Source of the DNA: the human T2T-CHM13v2.0 reference genome, Homo sapiens | Length of the DNA stretch: 64,000 bases | Assembly: GCF_009914755.1 (NCBI RefSeq) | Contig: NC_060939.1 | Strand: one strand, 5' to 3' | Shown: positions 1-13,300 of the stretch, one piece after another | Layout of the letters: each line of letters begins with the position of its first letter | Numbering within the stretch: position 1 is the first letter of the stretch | Notes under the pieces: generated by a model | Told to the model about the DNA's origin: nothing | What the model saw: the letters and a program-made list of their open reading frames with translations, nothing else | Databases searched by the model: none | Position numbers and translations under genes: made by a program

Positions 1-32
1 CCTTCCACTGCATTCCATTCGATTCCATTCCA

Positions 33-1836
33 TTGCATTGCATTCCATTCCATTGGACTGCATTCCATTCGATTCCATTCCATTCGAATCAATTACATAG
101 CAATCCATTACATTCGAGTCTATTCTATTCCGTTCCATTCGATTTCATTCCAATCCATTCGATTCCATTCCATTCGATTCCATTCCATACTATTGCATTC
201 CATTCGATTACATTATATTCGAATAAGTTCCATTCAAGACCATTTCTTTTGAGTCCATTCTATTTGAGTCCATTCCCTTTGATTCCATAACATTTGAGTC
301 CATTCAATTCCATTCCTTTCGTTTCCATTCCATTTGATGCCATTCCATTCAATTCTGTTCTACTCGACTCCAATACATTCAATTCCATTCCATCCGATTC
401 CATTACATTCTTTTCATTTCTTATCCATTTCAAGCCATTCCACTCCATTCCATTCCACTCGTTTCCTTTCCATTCGAGTCCATTCCTCTCCAGTCCATTC
501 CGTTCAATCCATTCCATTCCAGTCCATTCCATTCGAGTCCGTTCCATTCCAGTCCATTCCATTCGAGTCAATTCCATCCCATTCGATGTCTTTCCATAAC
601 GATCCATTCCATTCTATTCCTTTCGATTCCATTCCATTCTATTTCATTCCATTCGATTCCCTTCCATTGGACTCCTTTCCATTCGAGTGCATTCCATTCC
701 TTTCCATTTCTTTCCGTTCTGTACGATTCCTACCGTTCGATTTCATTTTGTTCCAGTCCATTCCTTTCGCGTCCATTCCATTCCATTTCACTCCATTCGA
801 TTCCATTCCACTCGATTCCACTTCGTTCCATTTCATTGCATTCCATTCTATTCAACTCTATTGCCTTCCATTCCATTCCATTCGATTACATTCCATGCGA
901 TTCCATTCGAAATCGAATCAATTACATTGCAATCCATTACTATTGAGTCCATTTTATTCCAGTCCACTGCATTCTGGTCCATTCCATTTGATTCCATTCC
1001 ATTCTATTCCATTCCATACAGTTGCATTCCATTGGATTCCATTCTATATCTATAAATTCAATTCGAGACCATTGCTTTTGAGTCCATTCTATATGATTCC
1101 ATTCCATTCAAGTCCATTACATTTGGTTCAATTCCATTCCATTCCATTCCCTTCCATTCCATTCCAGTTGATATCAATCCATTCGATTCCATTCCATTCG
1201 AGCACATTCCATTCGAGTCCATTCCATTCGATGCCATTCCATTTGATTCTATTCCACTAGTCTCCATTCAATTCCATTAATCTCCATTCCATTCCATTCT
1301 ACTCCAACTGATTCCATTCCATTCTATTCCTTTCCATTCCATTTCATTCCATTCCATTCCATTTCATTCCATTCCATTCCATTCGCTTCCATTCCATTCG
1401 TGTGCATTCCACTCCAGTCCATTCCATTCGTGTCCATTCCATTCCAGTCCATTCCATTTGTGTCCACTGCATTCCATTCCACTCCATTCCATATTATTCC
1501 ATTACACTCCATTCCATTCTATTACTTTCATTTCCATTCAATTCCATTCCATTTGATTCCATTCCACTCGGTTTCATTCCATTTGAGTCCACTCCATTCC
1601 ATTCCATTCCATTCCATTCATTTCCATTCCATTCTGTTCCATTCCATTCCGTTCCATTGCATTCCATTCCATTCGGTACCATTCCATATTGTTCCATTCG
1701 ATTCCATTCGAATCCATTCCATTCCAGTCCATTCCATTCGATTCCATTCCATTCCTTTCAATTCCATTCCATTCCATTCCATTCCACTTGATTCCACTCC
1801 ATTCCCTTCCACTGCATTCCATTCGATTCCATTCCA
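33..1836 (+). repeat. Representative ~1.8 kb higher-order unit (1804 bp)
   Basis: The same anchor (TTGCATTGCATTCC..., start of the 'MHCIPF' pseudo-ORF) recurs at 33, 1837, 3611, 5001, 6805, 8629, 10388, 12147, 13956, 15715, 17539, 19298, 21077, 22881, 24679, 26483, 28307, 30111, 31860, 33679, 35478, 37266, 39090, 40849, 42608, 44397, 46156, 47945, 49739, 51528, 53352, 55141, 56960, 58779, 60578 and 62337. Landmarks in this unit: TATAAAT 1051, EcoRV GATATC 1170, KpnI 1675. Confidence 0.96.
1395..1470 (+). repeat. 30-bp sub-repeat (CATTYGTGTCCATTCCAYTCCAGTCCATTC), copy number variable between units
   Basis: GTGTSC recurs at 30-bp spacing (1400, 1430, 1460). Shorter units (e.g. ~9975-10010, ~18905-18940) have only two GTGTCC copies. 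Confidence 0.85.
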
Positions 1837-3610
1837 TTGCATTGCATTCCATTCCATTGGACTGCATTCCATTCGATTCCATTCCATTCGAATCAATTAC
1901 ATAGCAATCCATTACATTCGAGTCTATTCTATTCCGTTCCATTCGATTTCGTTCCAATCCATTCGATTCCATTCCATTCGATTCCATTCCATACTATTGC
2001 ATTCCATTCGATTACATTATATTCGAATAAGTTCCATTCAAGACCATTTCTTTTGAGTCCATTCTATTTGAGTCCATTCCCTTTGATTCCATATCATTTG
2101 AGTCCATTCAATTCCATTCCTTTCGTTTGCATTCCATTTGATGCCATTCCATTCAATTCTGTTCTACTCGACTCCAATACATTCAATTCCATTCCATCCG
2201 ATTCCATTACATTCTTTTCATTTCTTATCCATTTCAAGCCATTCCACTCCATTCCATTCCACTCGTTTCCTTTCCTTTCGAGTCCATTCCTCTCCTGTCC
2301 ATTCCGTTCAATCCATTCCATTCCAGTCCATTCCATTCGAGTCCGTTCCATTCCAGTCCATTCCATTCGAGTCAATTCCATTCCATTCGATGTCTTTCCA
2401 TAATGATCCATTCCATTCTATTCCTTTCGATTCCATTCCATTCTATTTCATTCCATTCGATTCCCTTCCATTGGACTCCTTTCCATTCGAGTGCATTCCA
2501 TTCCGTTCCATTTCTTTCCGTTCTGTACGATTCCTACCGTTCGATTTCATTTTGTTCCAGTCCATTGCTTTCGCGTCCATTCCATTCCATTTCACTCCAT
2601 TCGATTCCATTCCACTCGATTCCACTTCGTTCCATTTCATTGCATTCCATTCTATTCAACTCTATTGCCTTCCATTCCATTCCATTCGATTACATTCCAT
2701 GCGATTCCATTCGAAATCGAATCAATTACATTGCAATCCATTACTATTGAGTCCGTTTTTTTCCAGTCCACTGCATTCTGGTCCATTCCATTTGATTCCA
2801 TTCCATTTTATTCCATTCCATACAGTTGCATTCCATTGGATTCCATGCTATATCTATAAATTCAATTCGAGACCATTGCTTTTGAGTCCATTCTATATGT
2901 TTCCATTCCATTCAAGTCCATTACATTTGGTTCAATTCCATTCCATTCCATTCCCTTCCATTCCATTCCAGTTGATATCAATCCATTCGATTCCATTCCA
3001 TTCCAGCACATTCCATTCGAGTCCATTCCATTCGATGCCATTCCATTTGATTCTATTCCATTAGTCTCCATTCAATTCCATTAATCTCCATTCCATTCCA
3101 TTCTACTCCAACTGATTCCATTCCATTCTATTCCTTTCCATTCCATTTCATTCCATTCCATTCCATTTCATTCCATTCCATTCCATTCGCTTCCATTCCA
3201 TTCGTGTCCTTTCCACTCCAGTCCATTCCATTTCTGTCCACTGCATTCCATTCCACTCCATTCCATATTATTCCATTACACTCCATTCCATTCTATTACT
3301 TTCATTTCCATTCAATTCCATTCCATTTGATTCCATTCCACTCGGTTTCATTCCATTTGAGTCCACTCCATTCCATTCCATTCCATTCCATTCAGTTCCA
3401 TTCCATTCTGTTCCATTCCATTCCGTTCCATTGCATTCCATTCCATTCGGTACCATTCCATATTGTTCCATTCGATTCCATTCGAATCCATTCCATTCCA
3501 GTCCATTCCATTCGATTCCATTCCATTCCTTTCAATTCCATTCCATTCCATTCCATTCCACTTGATTCCACTCCATTCCCTTCCAGTGCATTCCATTCGA
3601 TTCCATTCCA

Positions 3611-5000
3611 TTGCATTGCATTCCATTCCATTGGACTGCATTCCATTCGATTCCATTCCATTCGAATCAATTACATAGCAATCCATTACATTCGAGTCTA
3701 TTCTATTCCGTTCCATTCGATTTCGTTCCAATCCATTCGATTCCATTCCATTCGATTCCTTTCCATTCCATTTCATTCCATTCCATTCTATTTCATTCCA
3801 TTCGATTCCCTTCCATTGGACTCCTTTCCATTCGAGTGCATTCCATTCCGTTCCATTTCTTTCCGTTCTGTACGATTCCTACCGTTCGATTTCATTTTGT
3901 TCCAGTCCATTCCTTTCGCGTCCATTCCATTCCATTTCACTCCATTCGATTCCATTCCATTTCACTCCATTCGATTCCATTCCACTCGATTCCACTTCGT
4001 TCCATTTCATTGCATTCCATTCTATTCAACTCTATTGCCTTCCATTCCATTCCATTCGATTACATTCCATGCGATTCCATTCGAAATCGAATCAATTACA
4101 TTGCAATCCATAACTATTGAGTCCGTTTTATTCCAGTCCACTGCATTCTGGTCCATTCCATTTGATTCCATTCCATTCTATTCCATTCCATACAGTTGCA
4201 TTCCATTGGATTCCATGCTATATCTATAAATTCAATTCGAGACCATTGCTTTTGAGTCCATTCTATATGATTCCATTCCATTCAAGTCCATTACATTTGG
4301 TTCAATTCCATTCCATTCCATTCCCTTCCATTCCATTCCAGTTGATATCAATCCATTCGATTCCATTCCATTCGAGCACATTCCATTCGAGTCCATTCCA
4401 TTCGATGCCATTCCATTTGATTCTATTCCATTAGTCTCCATTCAATTCCATTAATCTCCATTCCATTCCATTCTACTCCAACTGATTCCATTCCATTCTA
4501 TTCCTTTCCATTCCATTTCATTCCATTCCATTCCATTTCATTCCATTCCATTCCATTCGTGTCCATTCCACTCCAGTCCATTCCATTCGTGTCCATTCCA
4601 TTCCAGTCCATTCCATTTGTGTCCACTGCATTCCATTCCACTCCATTCCATATTATTCCATTACACTCCATTCCATTCTATTACTTTCATTTCCATTCAA
4701 TTCCATTCCATTTGATTCCATTCCACTCGGTTTCATTCCATTTGAGTCCACTCCATTCCATTCCATTCCATTCCATTCAGTTCCATTCCATTCTGTTCCA
4801 TTCCATTCCGTTCCATTACATTCCATTCCATTCGGTACCATTCCATATTGTTCCATTCGATTCCATTCGAATCCATTCCATTCCAGTCCATTCCATTCGA
4901 TTCCATTCCATTCATTTCAATTCCATTCCATTCCATTCCATTCCATTCCACTTGATTCCTCTCCATTCCCTTCCACTGCATTCCGTTCGATTCCATTCCA
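3611..5000 (+). repeat. Internally deleted unit (1390 bp; net 429 bp missing from a 1819-bp variant)
   Basis: The anchor-to-GGACTCC distance is 207 bp here (3611 to 3818) versus 636 bp in unit 1 (33 to 669). The CATACTATT...ATAACGATCC block is absent. Confidence 0.92.
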
Positions 5001-8000
5001 TTGCATTGCATTCCATTCCATTGGATTGCATTCCATTCGATTCCATTCCATTCGAATCAATTACATAGCAATCCATTGCATTCGAGTCTATTCTATTCCG
5101 TTCCATTCGATTTCGTTCCAATCCATTCGATTCCATTCCATTCGATTCCATTCCATACTATTGCATTCCATTCGATTACATTATATTCGAATAAGTTCCA
5201 TTCAAGACCATTTCTTTTGAGTCCATTCTATTTGAGTCCATTCCCTTTGATTCCATAACATTTGAGTCCATTCAATTCCATTCCTTTCGTTTCCATTCCA
5301 TTTGATGCCATTCCATTCAATTCTGTTCTACTCGACTCCAATACATTCAATTCCATTCCATCCGATTCCATTACATTCTTTTCATTTCTTATCCATTTCA
5401 AGCCATTCCACTCCATTCCATTCCACTCGTTTCCTTTCCATTCGAGTCCATTCCTCTCCAGTCCATTCCGTTCAATCCATTCCATTCCAGTCCATTCCAT
5501 TCGAGTCCGTTCCATTCCAGTCCATTCCATTCGAGTCAATTCCATTCCATTCGATGTCTTTCCATAACGATCCATTCCATTCTATTCCTTTCGATTCCAT
5601 TCCATTCTATTTCATTCCATTCGATTCCCTTCCATTGGACTCCTTTCCATTCGAGTGCATTCCATTCCTTTCCATTTCTTTCCGTTCTGTACGATTCCTA
5701 CCGTTCGATTTCATTTTGTTCCAGTCCATTCCTTTCGCGTCCATTCCATTCCATTTCACTCCATTCGATTCCATTCCACTCGATTCCACTTCGTTCCATT
5801 TCATTGCATTCCATTCTATTCAACTCTATTGCCTTCCATTCCATTCCATTCGATTACATTCCATGCGATTCCATTCGAAATCGAATCAATTACATTGCAA
5901 TCCATTACTATTGAGTCCGTTTTATTCCAGTCCACTGCATTCTGGTCCATTCCATTTGATTCCATTCCATTCTATTCCATTCCATACAGTTGCATTCCAT
6001 TGGATTCCATGCTATATCTATAAATTCAATTCGAGACCATTGCTTTTGAGTCCATTCTATATGATTCCATTCCATTCAAGTCCATTACATTTGGTTCAAT
6101 TCCATTCCATTCCATTCCCTTCCATTCCATTCCAGTTGATATCAATCCATTCGATTCCATTCCATTCGAGCACATTCCATTCGAGTCCATTCCATTCGAT
6201 GCCATTCCATTTGATTCTATTCCATTAGTCTCCATTCAATTCCATTAATCTCCATTCCATTCCATTCTACTCCAACTGATTCCATTTCATTATATTCCTT
6301 TCCATTCCATTTCATTCCATTCCATTCCATTTCATTCCATTCCATTCCATTCCATTCGTGTCCATTCCACTCCAGTCCATTCCATTCGTGTCCATTCCAT
6401 TCCAGTCCATTCCATTTGTGTCCCCTGCATTCCATTAAACTCCATTCCATATTATTCCATTACACTCCATTCCATTCTATTACTTTCATTTCCATTCAAT
6501 TCCATTCCATTTGATTCCATTCCACTCGGTTTCATTCCATTTGAGTCCACTCCATTCCATTCCATTCCATTCCATTCCATTCAGTTCCATTCCATTCTAT
6601 TCCATTCCATTCCGTTCCATTACATTCCATTCCATTCGGTACCATTCCATATTGTTCAATTCGATTCCATTCGAATCCATTCCATTCCAGTCCATTCCAT
6701 TCGATTCCATTCCATTCATTTGAATTCCATTCCATTCCATTCCATTACATTCCACTTGATTCCTCTCCATTCCCTTCCACTGCATTCCGTTCGATTCCAT
6801 TCCATTGCATTGCATTCCATTCAATTGGATTGCATTCCATTCGATTCCATTCCATTCGAATCAATTACATAGCAATCCATTACATTCGAGTCTATTCTAT
6901 TCCGTTCCATTCGATTTCGTTCCAATCCATTCGATTCCATTCCATTCGATTCCATTCCATACTATTGCATTCCATTCTATTACATTATATTCGAATAAGT
7001 TCCATTCAAGACCATTTCTTTTGAGTCCATTCTATTTGAGTCCATTCCCTTTGATTCCATAACATTTGAGTCCATTCAATTCCATTCCTTTCTTTTCCAT
7101 TCCATTTGATGCCATTCCATTCAATTCTGTTCTACTCGACTCCAATACATTCAATTCCATTCCATCCGATTCCATTACATTCTTTTCATTTCTTATCCAT
7201 TTCAAGCCATTCCACTCCATTCCATTCCACTCGTTTCCTTTCCATTCGAGTCCATTCCTCTCCAGTCCATTCCGTTCAATCCATTCCATTCCAGTCCATT
7301 CCATTCGAGTCCGTTCCATTCCAGTCCATTCCATTCGAGTCAATTCCATTCCATTCGATGTCTTTCCATAACGATCCATTCCATTCTATTCCTTTCGATT
7401 CCATTCCATTCTATTTCATTCCATTCGATTCCCTTCCATTGGACTCCTTTCCATTCGAGTGCATTCCATTCCGTTCCATTTCTTTCCGTTCTGTACGATT
7501 CCTACCGTTCGATTTCATTTTGTTCCAGTCCATTCCTTTCGCGTCCATTCCATTCCATTTCACTCCATTCGATTCCATTCCACTCGATTCCACTTCGTTC
7601 CATTTCATTGCATTCCATTCTATTCAACTCTATTGCCTTCCATTCTATTCCATTCGATTACATTCCATGCGATTCCATTCGAAATCGAATCAATTACATT
7701 GCAATCCATTACTATTGAGTCCGTTTTATTCCAGTCCACTGCATTCTGGTCCATTCCATTTGATTCCATTCCATTCTATTCCATTCCATACAGTTGCATT
7801 CCATTGGATTCCATGCTATATCTATAAATTCAATTCGAGACCATTGCTTTTGAGTCCATTCTATATGATTCCATTCCATTCAAGTCCATTACATTTGGTT
7901 CAATTCCATTCCATTCCATTCCCTTCCATTCCATTCCATTTGATATCAATCCATTCGATTCCATTCCATTCGAGCACATTCCATTCGAGTCCATTCCATT

Positions 8001-10387
8001 CGATGCCATTCCATTTGATTCTATTCCATTAGTCTCCATTCAATTCCATTAATCTCCATTCCATTCCATTCTACTCCAACTGATTCCATTCCATTCTATT
8101 CCTTTCCATTCCATTTCATTCCATTCCATTCCATTTCATTCCATTCCATTCCATTCGCTTCCATTCCATTCGTGTCCATTCCACTCCAGTCCATTCCATT
8201 CGTGTCCATTCCATTCCAGTCCATTCCATTTGTGTCCACTGCATTCCATTCCACTCCATTCCATATTATTCCATTACACTCCATTCCATTCTAATACTTT
8301 CATTTCCATTCAATTCCATTCCATTTGATTCCATTCCACTCGGTTTCATTCCATTTGAGTCCACTCCATTCCATTCCATTCCATTCCATTCAGTTCCATT
8401 CCATTCTGTTCCGTTCCATTCCATTCTGTTCCATTCCATTCCGTTCCATTGCATTCCATTCCATTCGGTACCATTCCATATTGTTCCATTCGATTCCATT
8501 CGAATCCATTCCATTCCACTCCATTCCATTCGATTCCATTCCATTCCTTTCAATTCCATTCCATTCCATTCCATTCCACTTGATTCCACTCCATTCCCTT
8601 CCACTGCATTCCATTCGATTCCATTCCATTGCATTGCATTCCATTCCATGGGACTGCATTCCATTCGATTCCATTCCATTCGAATCAATTACATAGCAAT
8701 CCATTACATTCGAGTCTATTCTATTCCGTTCCATTCGATTTCGTTCCAATCCATTCGATTCCATTCCATTCGATTCCATTCCATACTATTGCATTCCATT
8801 CTATTACATTATATTCGAATAAGTTCCATTCAAGACCATTTCTTTTGAGTCCATTCTATTTGAGTCCATTCCCTTTGATTCCATAACATTTGAGTCCATT
8901 CAATTCCATTCCTTTCGTTTCCATTCCATTTGATGCCATTCCATTCAATTCTGTTCTACTCGACTCCAATACATTCAATTCCATTCCATCCGATTCCATT
9001 ACATTCTTTTCATTTCTTATCCATTTCAAGCCATTCCACTCCATTCCATTCCACTCGTTTCCTTTCCATTCGAGTCCATTCCTCTCCAGTCCATTCCGTT
9101 CAATCCATTCCATTCCAGTCCATTCCATTCGAGTCCGTTCCATTCCAGTCCATTCCATTCGAGTCAATTCCATTCCATTCGATGTCTTTCCATAACGATC
9201 CATTCCATTCTATTCCTTTCGATTCCATTCCATTCTATTTCATTCCATTCGATTCCCTTCCATTGGACTCCTTTCCATTCGAGTGCATTCCATTCCGTTC
9301 CATTTCTTTCCGTTCTGTACGATTCCTACCGTTCGATTTCATTTTGTTCCAGTCCATTCCTTTCGCGTCCATTCCATTCCATTTCACTCCATTCGATTCC
9401 ATTCCACTCGATTCCACTTCGTTCCATTTCATTGCATTCCATTCTATTCAACTCTATTGCCTTCCATTCCATTCCATTCGATTACATTCCATGCGATTCC
9501 ATTCGAAATCGAATCAATTACATTACAATCCATTACTATTGAGTCCGTTTTATTCCAGTCCACTGCATTCTGGTCCATTCCATTTGATTCCATTCCATTT
9601 TATTCCATTCCATACAGTTGCATTCCATTGGATTCCATGCTATATCTATAAATTCAATTCGAGACCATTGCTTTTGATTCCATTCTATATGTTTCCATTC
9701 CATTCAAGTCCATTACATTTGGTTCAATTCCATTCCATTCCATTCCCTTCCATTCCATTCCAGTTGATATCAATCCATTCGATTCCATTCCATTCGAGCA
9801 CATTCCATTCGAGTCCATTCCATTCGATGCCATTCCATTTGATTCTATTCCATTAGTCTCCATTCAATTCCATTAATCTCCATTCCATTCCATTCTACTC
9901 CAACTGATTCCATTCCATTCTATTCCTTTCCATTCCATTTCATTCCATTCCATTCCATTCGCTTCCATTCCATTCGTGTCCATTCCACTCCAGTCGATTC
10001 CATTTGTGTCCACTGCATTCCATTCCACTCCATTCCATATTATTCCATTACACTCCATTCCATTCTATTACTTTCATTTCCATTCAATTCCATTCCATTT
10101 GATTCCATTCCACTCGGTTTCATTCCATTTGAGTCCACTCCATTCCATTCCATTCCATTCCATTCCATTCAGTTCCATTCCATTCTGTTCCATTCCATTC
10201 CGTTCCATTGCATTCCATTCCATTCGGTACCATTCCATATTGTTCCATTCGATTCCATTCGAATCCATTCCATTCCAGTCCATTCCATTCGATTCCATTC
10301 CATTCCTTTCAATTCCATTCCATTCCATTCCATTCCACTTGATTCCACTCCATTCCCTTCCACTGCATTCCATTCGATTCCATTCCA

Positions 10388-13300
10388 TTGCATTGCATTC
10401 CATTCCATTGGACTGCATTCCATTCGATTCCATTCCATTCGAATCAATTACATAGCAATCCATTACATTCGAGTCTATTCTATTCCGTTCCATTCGATTT
10501 CGTTCCAATCCATTCGATTCCATTCCATTCGATTCCATTCCATACTATTGCATTCCATTCGATTACATTATATTCGAATAAGTTCCATTCAAGACCATTT
10601 CTTTTGAGTCCATTCTATTTGAGTCCATTCCCTTTGATTCCATAACATTTGAGTCCATTCAATTCCATTCCTTTCGTTTCCATTCCATTTGATGCCATTC
10701 CATTCAATTCTGTTCTACTCGACTCCAATACATTCAATTCCATTCCATCCGATTCCATTACATTCTTTTCATTTCTTATCCATTTCAAGCCATTCCACTC
10801 CATTCCATTCCACTCGTTTCCTTTCCATTCGAGTCCATTCCTCTCCAGTCCATTCCGTTCAATCCATTCCATTCCAGTCCATTCCATTCGAGTCCGTTCC
10901 ATTCCAGTCCATTCCATTCGAGTCAATTCCATCCCATTCGATGTCTTTCCATAACGATCCATTCCATTCTATTCCTTTCGATTCCATTCCATTCTATTTC
11001 ATTCCATTCGATTCCCTTCCATTGGACTCCTTTCCATTAGAGTGCATTCCATTCCGTTCCATTTCTTTCCGTTCTGTACGATTCCTACCGTTCGATTTCA
11101 TTTTGTTCCAGTCCATTCCTTTCGCGTCCATTCCATTCCATTTCACTCCATTCGATTCCATTCCACTCGATTCCACTTCGTTCCATTTCATTGCATTCCA
11201 TTCTATTCAACTCTATTGTCTTCCATTCCATTCCATTCGATTACATTCCATGCGATTCCATTCGAAATCGAATCAATTACATTACAATCCATTACTATTG
11301 AGTCCGTTTTATTCCAGTCCACTGCATTCTGGTCCATTCCATTTGATTCCATTCCATTTTATTCCATTCCATACAGTTGCATTCCATTGGATTCCATGCT
11401 ATATCTATAAATTCAATTCGAGACCATTGCTTTTGATTCCATTCTATATGTTTCCATTCCATTCAAGTCCATTACATTTGGTTCAATTCCATTCCATTCC
11501 ATTCCCTTCCATTCCATTCCAGTTGATATCAATCCATTCGATTCCATTCCATTCGAGCACATTCCATTCGAGTCCATTCCATTCGATGCCATTCCATTTG
11601 ATTCTATTCCATTAGTCTCCATTCAATTCCATTAATCTCCATTCCATTCCATTCTACTCCAACTGATTCCATTCCATTCTATTCCTTTCCATTCCATTTC
11701 ATTCCATTCCATTCCATTCCCTTCCATTCCATTCGTGTCCATTCCACTCCAGTCGATTCCATTTGTGTCCACTGCATTCCATTCCACTCCATTCCATATT
11801 ATTCCATTACACTCCATTCCATTCTATTACTTTCATTTCCATTCAATTCCATTCCATTTGATTCCATTCCACTCGGTTTCATTCCATTTGAGTCCACTCC
11901 ATTCCATTCCATTCCATTCCATTCCATTCAGTTCCATTCCATTCTGTTCCATTCCATTCCGTTCCATTGCATTCCATTCCATTCGGTACCATTCCATATT
12001 GTTCCATTCGATTCCATTCGAATCCATTCCATTCCAGTCCATTCCATTCGATTCCATTCCATTCCTTTCAATTCCATTCCATTCCATTCCATTCCACTTG
12101 ATTCCACTCCATTCCCTTCCACTGCATTCCATTCGATTCCATTCCATTGCATTGCATTCCATTCCATTGGACTGCATTCCATTCGATTCCATTCCATTCG
12201 AATCAATTACATAGCAATCCATTACATTCGAGTCTATTCTATTCCGTTCCATTCGATTTCGTTCCAATCCATTCGATTCCATTCCATTCGATTCCATTCC
12301 ATACTATTGCATTCCATTCGATTACATTATATTCGAATAAGTTCCATTCAAGACCATTTCTTTTGAGTCCATTCTATTTGAGTCCATTCCCTTTGATTCC
12401 ATAACATTTGAGTCCATTCAATTCCATTCCTTTCGTTTCCATTCCATTTGATGCCATTCCATTCAATTCTGTTCTACTCGACTCCAATACATTCAATTCC
12501 ATTCCATCCGATTCCATTACATTCTTTTCATTTCTTATCCATTTCAAGCCATTCCACTCCATTCCATTCCACTCGTTTCCTTTCCATTCGAGTCCATTCC
12601 TCTCCAGTCCATTCCGTTCAATCCATTCCATTCCAGTCCATTCCATTCGAGTCCGTTCCATTCCAGTCCATTCCATTCGAGTCAATTCCATCCCATTCGA
12701 TGTCTTTCCATAACGATCCATTCCATTCTATTCCTTTCGATTCCATTCCATTCTATTTCATTCCATTCGATTCCCTTCCATTGGACTCCTTTCCATTAGA
12801 GTGCATTCCATTCCGTTCCATTTCTTTCCGTTCTGTACGATTCCTACCGTTCGATTTCATTTTGTTCCAGTCCATTCCTTTCGCGTCCATTCCATTCCAT
12901 TTCACTCCATTCGATTCCATTCCACTCGATTCCACTTTGTTCCATTTCATTGCATTCCATTCTATTCAACTCTATTGCCTTCCATTCTATTCCATTCGAT
13001 TACATTCCATGCGATTCCATTCGAAATCGAATCAATTACATTGCAATCCATTACTATTGAGTCCGTTTTATTCCAGTCCACTGCATTCTGGTCCATTCCA
13101 TTTGATTCCATTCCATTCTATTCCATTCCATACAGTTGCATTCATTTGGATTCCATGCTATATCTATAAATTCAATTCGAGACCATTGCTTTTGAGTCCA
13201 TTCTATATGATTCCATTCCATTCAAGTCCACTACATTTGGTTCAATTCCATTCCATTCCATTCCCTTCCATTCCATTCCATTTGATATCAATCCATTCGA

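Noticed and set aside
821-837. CTTCGTT resembling the start of a CENP-B box
   Set aside because: Only the first 7 bases match YTTCGTTGGAARCGGGA; the essential A..CGGG positions are absent, and this is not alpha satellite.
905-920. TTCGAAATCGAA as a heat-shock element
   Set aside because: The spacing does not fit three contiguous inverted nGAAn units, so it is not a canonical HSE.
334-1260. 308-aa ORF (MMPFHSILF...) intact in 29 of 36 units
   Set aside because: It is a low-complexity HSIPF translation of CATTC. This strand is intrinsically stop-poor, the copies are recent, and seven copies are disrupted by indels. It has no recognisable domain. Only Ribo-seq or proteomics evidence would revive it.
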